A stretch of 64,000 bases of DNA from positions 6,918-70,917 of the forward strand of contig JAFYPA010000051.1 in NCBI GenBank assembly GCA_017560085.1. The letters run 5' to 3'. The stretch's first letter is position 1, and each line of letters opens with the position of its first letter. The translations under genes and the position numbers were made by a program. The stretch is from Clostridia bacterium. Its GTDB lineage: Bacteria; Bacillota; Clostridia; Oscillospirales; CAG-382. The notes under the pieces were generated by a model. The model made no database searches. It saw only the letters and a list, made by a program, of their open reading frames with translations, and had not been told where the DNA came from. This document shows, one piece after another, positions 1 to 9,975 of the stretch.

Positions 1-611
1 CAAAGTGGACAGACCCCATCGGCGATGAAATCAAGACACTTTCTCTTGACAGAACACACGAGCTCTACAAGATATGCGACACGGTAACCGAGCTTACCGA
101 CAGAATCACAAACCTTATGCCTGCATTTATGGTTAAGAACGTAAATCTCGGCGGAGCTGAAGGTGCAGAAATCATCGCAAATGAGGGCGAAAGCCTGTTT
201 GATATCGGCTATCGCTTCGGCGGAAGCCGTCACAGATGCTTCAAGGACGAGCTTGAGCTCAAGAATCCTATGGGCGTAACAATAAAGACAGGTCTTTACA
301 ATGCATTCCTCCGCTATCCGAATGGCGTTGAAATCAGCGAAGGCGAAGAGCTCGAGCTTGAGCTTGTCTTCAGAATGAAGAACAGACCCGGCTGGGTTGA
401 CGCAAAGATTTTCGCACCCGAGGACTGGGAAATCCGTCCCTCAAGAGAGCTTTCTCTCTACGGCGACTACGGCTTCAACAATTACGAGGTACATAAGATA
501 AAGCTTATCCCCCACAACATCACAAAGGGCAGATACGAATTCCCGATTCAGCTTCAGCTTGCAGAGGCAAGAATTCCGAGATATCTTCCCGTTACACTTA
601 TTGTTAAGTAA
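1..611 (+). CDS. 5'-truncated protein, possibly the C-terminal part of an ADP-ribosylglycohydrolase-family protein
   Basis: The frame is open from position 3 (KWTDPIGDEIKT...) through ORF 117..611. The KW..PIGD.I.T motif resembles the end of the catalytic region of long ADP-ribosylglycohydrolase-like proteins; the family call is weak. Confidence 0.35.
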   Translation, partial: KWTDPIGDEIKTLSLDRTHELYKICDTVTELTDRITNLMPAFMVKNVNLGGAEGAEIIANEGESLFDIGYRFGGSRHRCFKDELELKNPMGVTIKTGLYNAFLRYPNGVEISEGEELELELVFRMKNRPGWVDAKIFAPEDWEIRPSRELSLYGDYGFNNYEVHKIKLIPHNITKGRYEFPIQLQLAEARIPRYLPVTLIVK

Positions 612-618
612 AAAAATT

Positions 619-652
619 ATGCATACCGTCTTTATATGGCGGTATGCATTTT
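619..652 (+). terminator. Intrinsic terminator
   Basis: Stem ATGCATACCG/CGGTATGCAT followed by a T-tract, just after the stop at 611. Confidence 0.7.
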
Positions 653-683
653 GCTTTTATTGAAATATTCGGATACACCGAAT

Positions 684-784
684 GTGAAATGAAATCCCCC
701 CTCGCGCCCGCAAGGGCATTTCACACGCCGAAGGCGTATTTCACGCACGAAGTGCATTTCACAAATCCCGCAGGGGTTTATTTC
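684..784. repeat. Array of GNA/GNRA-loop mini-hairpins separated by ATTTCAC
   Basis: GTGAAATGAAAT, then GCCC-GCAA-GGGC, ATTTCAC, ACGCC-GAA-GGCGT, ATTTCAC, GCAC-GAA-GTGC, ATTTCAC, AAATCCC-GCA-GGGGTTT, ATTTC. Confidence 0.8.
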
Positions 785-787
785 GTT

Positions 788-820
788 AAAAAAAGACTAT
801 TCTTCCGAATAGTCTTTTTT
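788..820. terminator. Bidirectional hairpin terminator downstream of the tRNA
   Basis: AAAAAAAGACTATT-CTTCCG-AATAGTCTTTTTT, with A- and T-tracts on either side. Confidence 0.75.
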
Positions 821-821
821 C

Positions 822-896
822 TGGCACTCCCAACGGGAATCGAACCCATAACTAGCCCTTAGGAGGGGCTTGTTATATCCATTTAACTATGGGAGC
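822..896 (-). tRNA. tRNA-Arg(CCT)
   Basis: The reverse complement GCTCCCATAGTTAAATGGATATAACAAGCCCCTCCTAAGGGCTAGTTATGGGTTCGATTCCCGTTGGGAGTGCCA folds as a cloverleaf with anticodon stem AGCCC/GGGCT, loop CT-CCT-AA, T-loop TTCGATT and an encoded CCA. Confidence 0.96.
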
Positions 897-1006
897 CAAC
901 AACGAAAGTATTATATCACATCCATCCCCAAAAGTCAATACAAGAAGCAAAATATTTAAAAAAGAGCAAAGCAAAGCCGTCGACAAATTCCGACGGCTTG
1001 GATTTT

Positions 1007-2371
1007 TTATTCGTTTTCCGTGGACTCCGAACCCACTCTGCTTATTATATCCGCACCGAATTTGTATGCGAAAACAAGAAGCAGTATAAAGGATATAAGG
1101 CTTGTCCATTCCGCAAGAGACTGCAACGAATCGTACTTTACATAAACCTCAAGGCTTCCCGCCCTGTATGTGAAGGCAGTACGGATAAACTGACCGAAAT
1201 ATTCGTAGGCACTGCTTGCAAAATATACAACTCCCGAAAGAGAGAAAAGTATCTGATAAATGCTCACCGTGTCTCTGTCCGAAAGGAAGGGAAGCTCGGT
1301 AAGAGTCTTTATCACAATACCGCATATGATTGCGAGTACGGCATATTCGATAATTATCGGAAGTATCAGCCCCGGAAGAGAATCGGTTGTCTGAAGAAGC
1401 TTCGGAACCTCTCTTACATACATCTTTTCATAGAAAAAGTTGATTTCCGTTGCGGAAAGAAGTCTGTACTGAATCACGTTGTTATATACCGAAAGTGCCG
1501 TGAGCGGGATAAACAAGGGAAGAAGCTTTTTCAACACCTTGCATCCGAATCTTATTATAAGATAAACCATCCCCGCAAAAAGGGCAATATATGCCAGCGT
1601 GTTGGGGATTATGTTGACGTAGTCAAGTATCTGATTGAAGAGGAAAAGAATTGCAACGAAGAATAAGGACAGCGCAAAAATCATACGCCTGCGGTCTACT
1701 TCTTCAATGTTTTCGGAGATATATTCATTATATCTTTTAACCAATGCGGATGTCAGCTCTCTGTCCCTCACAAGCTTTATAAAGTATTTACCGCAGATAA
1801 CCGCAAAGTATATGCCGAAAATCAGCATCATAACAAAGAAAAGCACCTCGGCATATACCTTGAGAAATTCCATATTCTTATCGGGTGTCGGGTAAAAGTC
1901 GTAGTCGAAGCTGTCCTTCTGCGCACCTAACGAGAAAAGCTCGGGGACAAAGGACATCACCGCCCTTGCAATGGCGAATATAAAGCATATAACGGAAGCG
2001 TTTTCCGCATTCTTAAGGTGTCTCTTTTCAAGATTCTCTCTTGCGGTAATGTACTCAAGACCGCCGAAGAGCGAGGTGAATATTCCTATCATCAGCATCG
2101 CCTCAAGCACGGAAAAAGCAAACGTGCCGGGGAGAAGATATCCCTTTTCGTATACCGCAAAATAAAGGGAAAGCGGAATTTTAAGTGCGGAAACGCCCGC
2201 ATAATACTTTGTAAGCCTTCTTGCAGTGTCTATTCTGTGGTCAATATAGGAAAGCTTTGTCGTACCGATTATGATAAGTATGCACCCGATAAGGTCGGGC
2301 ATAAAGTCGAGCATACGGAAAAAGGGATTCATAAAGAACAGAATTCCTATAAAAATACATAGTATACCCAT
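1007..2371 (-). CDS. Polytopic membrane protein, function unknown
   Basis: 454-aa ORF with about 10-12 hydrophobic segments. Confidence 0.8.
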   Translation of the reverse strand: MGILCIFIGILFFMNPFFRMLDFMPDLIGCILIIIGTTKLSYIDHRIDTARRLTKYYAGVSALKIPLSLYFAVYEKGYLLPGTFAFSVLEAMLMIGIFTSLFGGLEYITARENLEKRHLKNAENASVICFIFAIARAVMSFVPELFSLGAQKDSFDYDFYPTPDKNMEFLKVYAEVLFFVMMLIFGIYFAVICGKYFIKLVRDRELTSALVKRYNEYISENIEEVDRRRMIFALSLFFVAILFLFNQILDYVNIIPNTLAYIALFAGMVYLIIRFGCKVLKKLLPLFIPLTALSVYNNVIQYRLLSATEINFFYEKMYVREVPKLLQTTDSLPGLILPIIIEYAVLAIICGIVIKTLTELPFLSDRDTVSIYQILFSLSGVVYFASSAYEYFGQFIRTAFTYRAGSLEVYVKYDSLQSLAEWTSLISFILLLVFAYKFGADIISRVGSESTENE

Positions 2372-2405
2372 ATGTGTTTCCTTTCAGAAAATATTGCTTT
2401 TGGAA

Positions 2406-3014
2406 TTATTTCTTCTTTTTTGTGCCTTTGCCTCTGTTTTTGCCGAAGGTCTGCTCGAATTTTTGAAGCTTTTCCTCCTCCTTTTGCTCCGCCTCGTCGG
2501 TGGTGATGGCTCTGAAACAGCATCCCACAGCAAGCTCGGTTACAAAGAAGAGAACAAGGTAAAGCACCGTTTCCGCCGCCTTCATATACTGCGAAATCGA
2601 AGCGATATCAAGCTTTGCGATTACAAAAACAAGATAGTATACAAGCACCGATGAAAGTCCGAGCGTTGCTCTCTTTACGCCCTTTGTAAAGCCGAGAGAA
2701 TCGGAAATGGTACGAAGCGCATAAAACAGCGTTATGTAGAAGGGAAGCAGAACAAGTCTGTGCATATAAGTGAAAATATCCACGACAAAATCGCCCGTTG
2801 CTATTTTGTAAAAGTTAAGAATCCGGAATACCACATCCGCCAGAGAAAACAGCAGAATAGGGTATACAGACATCTTAGCATATTGGAAATAGCGATTGAA
2901 GGGCGAAAGCTTTTTAAGTCCCTTGAGTATGAAAAAGAAGCCTATTATTTCAACGGGTACAAGACGCAGAAAAATCAGTGTCGAATAACCCGCACATATA
3001 AGTCCGAAGCCCAT
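2406..3014 (-). CDS. Membrane protein, function unknown
   Basis: 202-aa ORF with about 5 hydrophobic segments and a charged C-terminal tail; RBS AAAGGA upstream. Confidence 0.8.
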   Translation of the reverse strand: MGFGLICAGYSTLIFLRLVPVEIIGFFFILKGLKKLSPFNRYFQYAKMSVYPILLFSLADVVFRILNFYKIATGDFVVDIFTYMHRLVLLPFYITLFYALRTISDSLGFTKGVKRATLGLSSVLVYYLVFVIAKLDIASISQYMKAAETVLYLVLFFVTELAVGCCFRAITTDEAEQKEEEKLQKFEQTFGKNRGKGTKKKK

Positions 3015-3136
3015 GATAGTCCTTTCGTTCTGCGGATTGAATGTTCTTTTTACCGCAGATTGTCATAATGCGCCTCCGTTTGTCCGAAAGCGCATTTTGT
3101 GGTTAATGTTTATTTTTCGAAAAAGCCGTCAGCGAA

Positions 3137-5941
3137 TTATTCTTCGCCCTCGTCTGCGCCCTCGGCGTTTGCCGCACCGCAGCACTTTTTGTATTTCTTG
3201 CCGCTTCCGCAGGGACAGGGATCGTTTCTGCCTATCTTTTCGGATGCCTTGAGAACTACGGGCTTCTTTGTTTCCGTGTCGGGCTTTGCCGCCTTGCCGT
3301 AGGGACTGTCTGATGCTGTGGGAACAGCAACTCTCTTTTCGGTTGCACCCTTGGAAACATCCTTCTGCTCGATCTTGGATGTGGGAACAACGGAAAGAAT
3401 CATCTTTGTTGTGCCCTCCTTGATTGTCGCAATCATCTCGTCGAACATATCCGCACCCTCGAGTCTGTACTCGTTAAGGGGATCCTTCGAGCCGTAGGAG
3501 CGGAGCGAAATACCGTCCTTGAGGTCGTCCATAGCATCGATGTGGTCAATCCAGTTGTTGTCAACATTGCGGAGAAGAACGGCTCTTTCAATTCTGCCGA
3601 AGTCCTCGCTGCCGAAGTCCTGAGCCTTTTCCTCAAGCTTTGTCATTGCTCTGTCAAGAAGCATCTCACGGATTTTTTCCGTGTTCTGGGCATTGAGCTC
3701 ATCTGTTGTATATCTGAAATCCTCGTCTGTTGTAAGCACATTGAAGAAGTAGCCTCTGAGTGCATCGAGGTTCCAGTCCTCGGGGATTTCGCTTGAAACA
3801 AAGGAGTCAACCGCCGTGTTAACAGTATCCTTAACCATAGCAACGATTGTCGCATGGATATCCACACCGTGAAGCACATCCTGACGCTGCTTGTAGATAA
3901 TCTGACGCTGAACGTTCATAACATCATCGTACTGAAGCACCGTCTTACGGCTGTTGAAGTGCATACCTTCTCTTGTCTTCTGAGCTCTTTCGATACCGCC
4001 CGAAAGAATGCTTGCATTGATTGCCTCGCCCTCGGGAAGCTTGAAGTTTTCGAAAATCTGCTCCATCTTCTGACCGCCGAAAAGACGCATAAGGTCATCC
4101 TGAAGTGAGAGATAGAACTTGGAGCATCCGGGATCACCCTGACGTCCCGCACGGCCTCGAAGCTGATTGTCAATTCGTCTTGAGTCGTGTCTTTCCGTAC
4201 CGATAATGTAAAGACCGCCCGCCTCACGAACCTTTTCCGCCTCGGGCTCGATTTCCGCCTTGAACTTGTCCTCGTAGGTGTTGAATTCCTGACGGAGCTT
4301 TAAGATTTCCTCATCCTCTGTTGCAAAGTAGCTTGTTGCAAGGCTGATTTCTTCGTCTGTTCTGCCGTGCTTTCTCATTTCGTTCTTTGCCATAAATTCG
4401 GGGTTACCGCCGAGCATAATGTCCGTACCACGGCCCGCCATGTTTGTGGCGATTGTAACCGCACCGAGCTTACCTGCCTGCGCTACGATTTCCGCTTCCT
4501 TTTCGTGGTACTTCGCATTAAGAACATTGTGAGGAACGCCGTTCTTCTTAAGAAGTGCGGAAACATATTCGGACTTGTCAATGGAAACCGTACCTACAAG
4601 CACGGGCTGCCCCTTCTTGTGGCATTCTATAATCTGATTGATAACCGCGGTATACTTTTCGTTGACCGTCTTGTAAACCTCGTCGTTGCAGTCCTTTCTT
4701 GCAAGAGGTCTGTTGGTGGGAACCTCAACTACGTCAAGTGCGTAGATTTCACGGAATTCGTCCTCCTCGGTAAGAGCGGTACCCGTCATACCGGAAAGCT
4801 TGTTGTATATTCTGAAGAAGTTCTGGAATGTGATGGTAGCAAGAGTCTTGGACTCGTTCTGAATCTTTACGCCTTCCTTTGCTTCAATTGCCTGATGAAG
4901 ACCATTGGAATAGCGTCTGCCGGGCATAATACGTCCCGTGAACTGGTCGACAATCATAACCTCGCCGTCCTTGATTGTGTAGTCAACCTCGTTTTGCATA
5001 ATGCCGTGTGCACGGATGGCCTGATTTATGTGGTGCTGAAGAGTTGCGTTTTCGGGGTCGGAAAGGTTTGTTACATGGAAGTAGCTTTCCGCCTTTCTGA
5101 TACCGTCTGCTGTGAGAACAACGGTCTTTGCCTTTTCGTCAACAACATAGTCGCCGCCGATGTTGTCGTTGTCAGCCTTGTTGTCCATTTCCTTGATTCT
5201 CTTGCAGGAAAGTGTCTTTGCGAACTTGTCCGCAATAACGTAAAGCTCTGTGGACTTGTCACCGGGGCCGGAAATGATAAGAGGAGTTCTCGCCTCGTCA
5301 ATAAGAATGGAGTCAACCTCATCGACAATGGCAAAGTTGTGCTCTCTCTGAACAAGACCTGCCTTTGATGTTGCCATATTGTCACGCAGATAATCAAAGC
5401 CGAGCTCGTTGTTTGTGCCGTAGGTGATGTCTGCGTTGTAGGCTTCCTTTCTTTCCTCGCTTGTCTTTTCGTGAACGATAAGACCTACAGTCATACCGAG
5501 GTAGTTGTAAACCTTACCCATCCATTCGCTGTCTCGCTTTGCAAGGTAGTCGTTAACCGTTACAACATGAACGCCCTTGCCGGTAAGTGCATTAAGGTAG
5601 CAGGGAAGGGTAGCCATAAGAGTCTTACCTTCACCGGTCTTCATTTCCGCGATTCTTCCCTGATGAAGAATGATACCGCCTATAAGCTGAACCTTGTAGT
5701 GACGCTTCTTGAGTACTCTCGAGGAAGCCTCACGCACCGCCGCATATGCATCGGGGAGAAGGTCGTCGAGTGTTTCACCGTTTGCAAGTCGCGCGCGAAG
5801 AACAACAGTTGTATTCTGAAGCTCCGCCTCGCTCATAGCCTTGTATTTTCCTTCGAGAGCATCTATCTGCTCAACAATCTTTTCGAGCTTTTTTACTTCA
5901 CGCTCGCTTCTTGTGCCGAATAATTTTGTTATGATTGACAT
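3137..5941 (-). CDS. secA: Preprotein translocase ATPase SecA
   Basis: [10 protein letters not shown] Walker [46 protein letters not shown] and the SEC-C motif [17 protein letters not shown]. Start placed at MSIITKLFG (5941) behind a GGAG RBS. Confidence 0.98.
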   Translation of the reverse strand: MSIITKLFGTRSEREVKKLEKIVEQIDALEGKYKAMSEAELQNTTVVLRARLANGETLDDLLPDAYAAVREASSRVLKKRHYKVQLIGGIILHQGRIAEMKTGEGKTLMATLPCYLNALTGKGVHVVTVNDYLAKRDSEWMGKVYNYLGMTVGLIVHEKTSEERKEAYNADITYGTNNELGFDYLRDNMATSKAGLVQREHNFAIVDEVDSILIDEARTPLIISGPGDKSTELYVIADKFAKTLSCKRIKEMDNKADNDNIGGDYVVDEKAKTVVLTADGIRKAESYFHVTNLSDPENATLQHHINQAIRAHGIMQNEVDYTIKDGEVMIVDQFTGRIMPGRRYSNGLHQAIEAKEGVKIQNESKTLATITFQNFFRIYNKLSGMTGTALTEEDEFREIYALDVVEVPTNRPLARKDCNDEVYKTVNEKYTAVINQIIECHKKGQPVLVGTVSIDKSEYVSALLKKNGVPHNVLNAKYHEKEAEIVAQAGKLGAVTIATNMAGRGTDIMLGGNPEFMAKNEMRKHGRTDEEISLATSYFATEDEEILKLRQEFNTYEDKFKAEIEPEAEKVREAGGLYIIGTERHDSRRIDNQLRGRAGRQGDPGCSKFYLSLQDDLMRLFGGQKMEQIFENFKLPEGEAINASILSGGIERAQKTREGMHFNSRKTVLQYDDVMNVQRQIIYKQRQDVLHGVDIHATIVAMVKDTVNTAVDSFVSSEIPEDWNLDALRGYFFNVLTTDEDFRYTTDELNAQNTEKIREMLLDRAMTKLEEKAQDFGSEDFGRIERAVLLRNVDNNWIDHIDAMDDLKDGISLRSYGSKDPLNEYRLEGADMFDEMIATIKEGTTKMILSVVPTSKIEQKDVSKGATEKRVAVPTASDSPYGKAAKPDTETKKPVVLKASEKIGRNDPCPCGSGKKYKKCCGAANAEGADEGEE

Positions 5942-5991
5942 TATATAAAGGTCTCCTTGGATTGTGTATTGAATGTTCTGCCGTTTTACTC

Positions 5992-6591
5992 TTACTTGAG
6001 CTTGAAGGATGTAACGGCGTGGATAAGTGCGCTCTCCCACTTGTCGTAGCTTTGCGGAAGTGCGGTGTAGGTGAAGGTGTAAACCGTTCCCTCAACGATG
6101 GAAACCACCTGCGAGAACTGATAGGTCTTGTCTGCGATTTTCGCTCCGTAAACAACGCGGAGAGCGGGTGCTTCCGTGCTTCCGAGCTTTAATTCCTCGC
6201 GGGAGAATTCGACAAAATCTCCTCCTATTGTGTCCTGCATCTGCTTGTAATATCCGGGATTTTCCTCCGTGCCGTCGCCGTCCCAGTAGGTAAGCACCGC
6301 CATCTGCGGGTCACGGCTGTCAAAGCTTGTGCAGGAGATGGTTACGCGCTCGTCGGGATTCTGCTCGTCCGACTGAACGCTTATCATTCCGTCGTTGCGG
6401 ATAACCGACCATTCCTTGGGAAATTCGAAGGTGTAGCCGACATATTCGTTTTCGGTGGATTTGTTGTCGCCCACTTCAACACTTGCAACCGTGTAGTTTT
6501 CCGATGTTCCTTCGTTGGGCTTTTCACTGCAGGAGCAAAGAAGCACAAGTGAGGTGAGAGCTATTGCACCGATTTTTACGCTTTTCTTCAT
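5992..6591 (-). CDS. Lipoprotein, PsbP/DcrB-like fold
   Basis: Basic N-terminus, hydrophobic stretch and lipobox-like [15 protein letters not shown] and a C-terminal YTFTYTA..Y...F pattern resemble PsbP/DcrB-type proteins. Confidence 0.6.
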   Translation of the reverse strand: MKKSVKIGAIALTSLVLLCSCSEKPNEGTSENYTVASVEVGDNKSTENEYVGYTFEFPKEWSVIRNDGMISVQSDEQNPDERVTISCTSFDSRDPQMAVLTYWDGDGTEENPGYYKQMQDTIGGDFVEFSREELKLGSTEAPALRVVYGAKIADKTYQFSQVVSIVEGTVYTFTYTALPQSYDKWESALIHAVTSFKLK

Positions 6592-6771
6592 TTTTCTGTC
6601 CTTTCCTTGAAGTTATCAAACAATCATTCAATTATTAAAATTTGATTATTTTTTCGTCGGAGGTATAATCAAACAATACTCCAACATAATAATTATAACC
6701 CGATATCTTTTTTTATTAAACATCAATTTGTAAACATATTGGCAACTATTAAAAATTTAATATAAAATATG

Positions 6772-6800
6772 TTGACTTTACGAAAAAAAGAGTGCATAAT
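6772..6800 (+). promoter_or_regulatory. Sigma-A promoter upstream of the rnj leader
   Basis: TTGACT-17 nt-CATAAT. A second candidate, extended -10 TGaTAAAAT, lies at 6822-6830. Confidence 0.6.
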
Positions 6801-6830
6801 ATATGACAGTGTATTTGTTCGTGATAAAAT

Positions 6831-7027
6831 CCGTTCCGTTTTTCGGGCGATAAAGGATTTTCCGACGGCAGTTTTCCCCTCGATTCTCGTTGGGCGTTAT
6901 GCGAGAGGCGGGCGGAATGCTCACTCTGCCGTAAGGATTGCCTTTATCGGTCGGACGGTCTTGCATCCCCACTTCGGAAGGTGTATGTGCACCTTGCGGA
7001 GCAATTGGGCTTTTTATGCCCAATTGC
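6831..7027 (+). ncRNA. Candidate structured RNA (long rod hairpin plus two 3' hairpins) upstream of rnj
   Basis: Nested complementary blocks CCGT(T)CCG/CGGACGG, CGATAAAGG/CCTTTATCG, ACGGCAG/CTGCCGT and CTCGT/GCGAG, then GCAATTGGGC/GCCCAATTGC. No family assignment. Confidence 0.45.
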
Positions 7028-7112
7028 GGGCATTTATCGGATTTTCAGCGTTAAAACCGTTATTTTTATGTACGAAAAAATATAAACTTACTTACGAAAG
7101 GACAGGTGCCAT

Positions 7113-8816
7113 ATGGCAAAAAACAAAAACAAGCAGCAAAACGGCGTAAAGGCGTATACGGGCTCAAAGCTCAAGGTAATACCTCTGGGCGGTCTCGGTG
7201 AGGTCGGCAGAAATATGACTGCGGTTGAATTCGAGAACGACATTATCGTAATCGACTGCGGACTCGGCTTCCCGGATGACGATATGCTCGGTATCGACCT
7301 TGTTATCCCGGATGTATCATATCTTCAGAAAAACATTGAAAAGGTTCGTGCGATTCTTCTCACACACGGACACGAGGACCACATCGGTGCACTTCCCTAT
7401 ATTCTGCGCACGGTGAACGTTCCCGTTTACGGAACACCTCTCACACTCGGAATTCTCAACTACAAGCTCATCGAGCACGGCCTTGAGAAGACAACCTCCC
7501 TTCGCAGAATTCACGCAGGCGACACCGTAAGACTCGGCGTATTCAATGCGGAATATATAAGAGTAAACCATTCCATTGCAGACTCCTGCGCAATTGCGAT
7601 TGACACTCCCGTGGGAAAGATTCTCTTCACGGGTGACTTCAAGATTGACCTTACACCCATTTCCGGCGAGCCCATTAACTTCGCAAGACTCGGCGAGCTC
7701 GGTAACGAGGGCATTCTTGCACTCTTCTGCGAGTCCACAAACGCAGAGCGTCCCGGCTACACAATGAGTGAAAAGTATGTCGGAAAGTCCCTTGACAACA
7801 TCTTCAGAGGCTGCAATAAGAGAATAATTATCGCAACCTTCTCCTCAAATGTTCACAGAGTTCAGCAGATAATCGACTATTCCCACAAGTACGGCAGAAA
7901 GGTTGCCGTTACGGGCAGAAGCATGCTGAATGTTCTTACAGCCGCAAACGAAATGGGATATATGGATATCCCCGCAAATACACTTATAGACCTTAACGAA
8001 ATAAAGCGCTTCAAGCCCGAGGAAATCACCATCGTTACGACAGGCTCTCAGGGCGAGCCCATGAGTGCTCTTTACAGAATGGCATACGCCGAGCACGATA
8101 AGGTGCAGGTTTCCGACAGTGACCTTGTTGTAATTTCCGCATCCGCCATTCCCGGTAACGAAAAGCTTATCACAAAGATTATAAACGAGCTTCTCAAGCG
8201 AGGCGTTCAGGTGCTTAACGATTCCGTTGCGGACGTGCACGTTTCGGGTCACGGCTGTGCCGAGGAGCTGAAGCTTATGCAGGTGCTCACAAAGCCGAAG
8301 TTCTTTGTGCCCATTCACGGTGAATACAAGCATCTCAAAGCAAATGTTGACCTTGCTCACGAGGTTGGCATAGATTCAAAGCACACGCTTATTCCCGATG
8401 TGGGACACGTTATAGAATTCACCCCCGACACAATGGAAATGAACGAGGTTGTACAGTCGGGCAAGGTGCTTGTCGACGGCTTCGGTGTCGGCGATGTAGG
8501 TAACATAGTTCTCCGTGACAGAAGACATCTCGGTCAGGACGGACTTATCGTTGTCGTTGCAAGTGCGAACTTTGACGAAAAGCTTCTTCTTGCAGGTCCC
8601 GATATCGTTTCAAGAGGCTTTGTATATGTCCGCGAGGCTGAGGAGCTTATGGAAAGCGTAAGATCCCTTGCCCTTGAAATTCTCGAGGACTGCTTCGAGC
8701 GAGATATGACCGACTGGAACGAAATCAAGAACAAGCTCCGTGACGAGCTTACCTCCTTCATTTACAGCAGAACAAAGCGCAAGCCGATGATTCTTCCCGT
8801 CATTATGAACATATGA
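7113..8816 (+). CDS. rnj: Ribonuclease J
   Basis: IPLGGLGEVGRNMT, THGHEDHIGALP (metallo-beta-lactamase), TTGSQGEP, HVSGH and a C-terminal RKPMILPVI. Confidence 0.97.
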   Translation: MAKNKNKQQNGVKAYTGSKLKVIPLGGLGEVGRNMTAVEFENDIIVIDCGLGFPDDDMLGIDLVIPDVSYLQKNIEKVRAILLTHGHEDHIGALPYILRTVNVPVYGTPLTLGILNYKLIEHGLEKTTSLRRIHAGDTVRLGVFNAEYIRVNHSIADSCAIAIDTPVGKILFTGDFKIDLTPISGEPINFARLGELGNEGILALFCESTNAERPGYTMSEKYVGKSLDNIFRGCNKRIIIATFSSNVHRVQQIIDYSHKYGRKVAVTGRSMLNVLTAANEMGYMDIPANTLIDLNEIKRFKPEEITIVTTGSQGEPMSALYRMAYAEHDKVQVSDSDLVVISASAIPGNEKLITKIINELLKRGVQVLNDSVADVHVSGHGCAEELKLMQVLTKPKFFVPIHGEYKHLKANVDLAHEVGIDSKHTLIPDVGHVIEFTPDTMEMNEVVQSGKVLVDGFGVGDVGNIVLRDRRHLGQDGLIVVVASANFDEKLLLAGPDIVSRGFVYVREAEELMESVRSLALEILEDCFERDMTDWNEIKNKLRDELTSFIYSRTKRKPMILPVIMNI

Positions 8817-8866
8817 TGCGGAACAGAGGCTGAAAACACAAAATTTCGGAAAATAAAGGATTGCAA

Positions 8867-9886
8867 ATGAAAGTCAGCAAAAAAAATATATCGCTCCCCG
8901 AAAAGCTTGCCGACTATGTTGCGGATATGTCGGGCGAGGATTCGGGCGAGCTTCGTGTACTGGTGTATGTGCTGTCAGGCGGTGACGGCATGGATACCGC
9001 CGAGATTGCCGAAAGGCTCGGAATGGCGGAGCAGGATGTTGTCTCCGCCGTGTCCTTCTGGCGCGGAATGGGATTTGTGTCTTCCGGCACAAGAGCATCC
9101 GCACAAAGAAGCGCCCAAAGTGCGAAAAAAGACGAATCGCCCCGAATTGAGGCAACCGCGGAAAATCAGGGGACTGCACTTCCTCCGTCCGTAAGAGATA
9201 CGGACACAAGAACATACAGCGGTGAGGAAATCGCGGAAATACTCGACAAGAAGCCCGAGCTCAAGTCCCTTGCGGATTTTGCACAGGCAAGGCTTGAGAA
9301 GATATTCAACCGAGACGACTACGCAAAGCTTGTGTATCTTGAGGATTATGTCCTTATGACGCCACCAATGATTATGAAGGTCATAGACTACTGTGTCGAG
9401 ATGGACAAGAAGTCTATGAGATATGTGGAAAAGACAGCCCTCTCCATATACGATGAGGGCATACAGACCTACGCCGCTCTCGAGGCTTATTTTGAAAACA
9501 AGAAAAAGGCAAAGAGCAACGAGGGAACCGTCCGCAGAATTATGGGTATAGGTGAGAGAAGCTTTACCACCGCCGAAAAGGCACACATAGTAAAATGGTT
9601 CGGTGAGTACGGAAGCTCGGAGGAGCTTATCACCCTTGCCTACGATAAGACCATCGCGAGTATATCCAAGCCCTCCGTGCCCTATATGTCAAAGCTTCTT
9701 GCAAGATGGTACGAGAGCGGATACAAAACGGCACAGGATGTGGAAAACGGCAATGCTCAGAGCAGTGGCAGAAAAAATATAGATATCTCCGCCTTTGATG
9801 AATCCATCCCCCCAAAAAAGGGCGCGGGAAGTGTCGGCGAAGGTGATTCGTCGGGGCTTGACCTTGATGCCTTCTTTGAAAACTGA
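8867..9886 (+). CDS. DnaD/DnaB_2-domain replication protein
   Basis: Two DnaD-like repeats (KKSMRYVEKTALSIYDEGI and KPSVPYMSKLLARWYESG) behind an N-terminal winged-helix-like segment. Confidence 0.8.
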   Translation: MKVSKKNISLPEKLADYVADMSGEDSGELRVLVYVLSGGDGMDTAEIAERLGMAEQDVVSAVSFWRGMGFVSSGTRASAQRSAQSAKKDESPRIEATAENQGTALPPSVRDTDTRTYSGEEIAEILDKKPELKSLADFAQARLEKIFNRDDYAKLVYLEDYVLMTPPMIMKVIDYCVEMDKKSMRYVEKTALSIYDEGIQTYAALEAYFENKKKAKSNEGTVRRIMGIGERSFTTAEKAHIVKWFGEYGSSEELITLAYDKTIASISKPSVPYMSKLLARWYESGYKTAQDVENGNAQSSGRKNIDISAFDESIPPKKGAGSVGEGDSSGLDLDAFFEN

Positions 9887-9975
9887 ACGGCATTTTATTT
9901 GAATCACACGGAACAAAACGGAATCATACATAAAGAAGTATAGATTATTTTCGGGAAAATGAGGAAAACACACAG

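Noticed and set aside
644-862. 72-aa ORF across the hairpin cassette and tRNA
   Set aside because: It overlaps the tRNA on the opposite strand and merely translates the repeat element.
822-896. tRNA-Arg as the attachment site of an integrated element
   Set aside because: No integrase and no duplicated tRNA 3' fragment are visible in the window; the region beyond position 1 cannot be seen.
5992-6591. Secreted protein directly upstream of secA as a SecM-like arrest-peptide monitor
   Set aside because: The C-terminus ([12 protein letters not shown]) has no RAGP/RAPP-type or SecM-like arrest motif, and no RBS-sequestering hairpin is evident in the 50-bp spacer.
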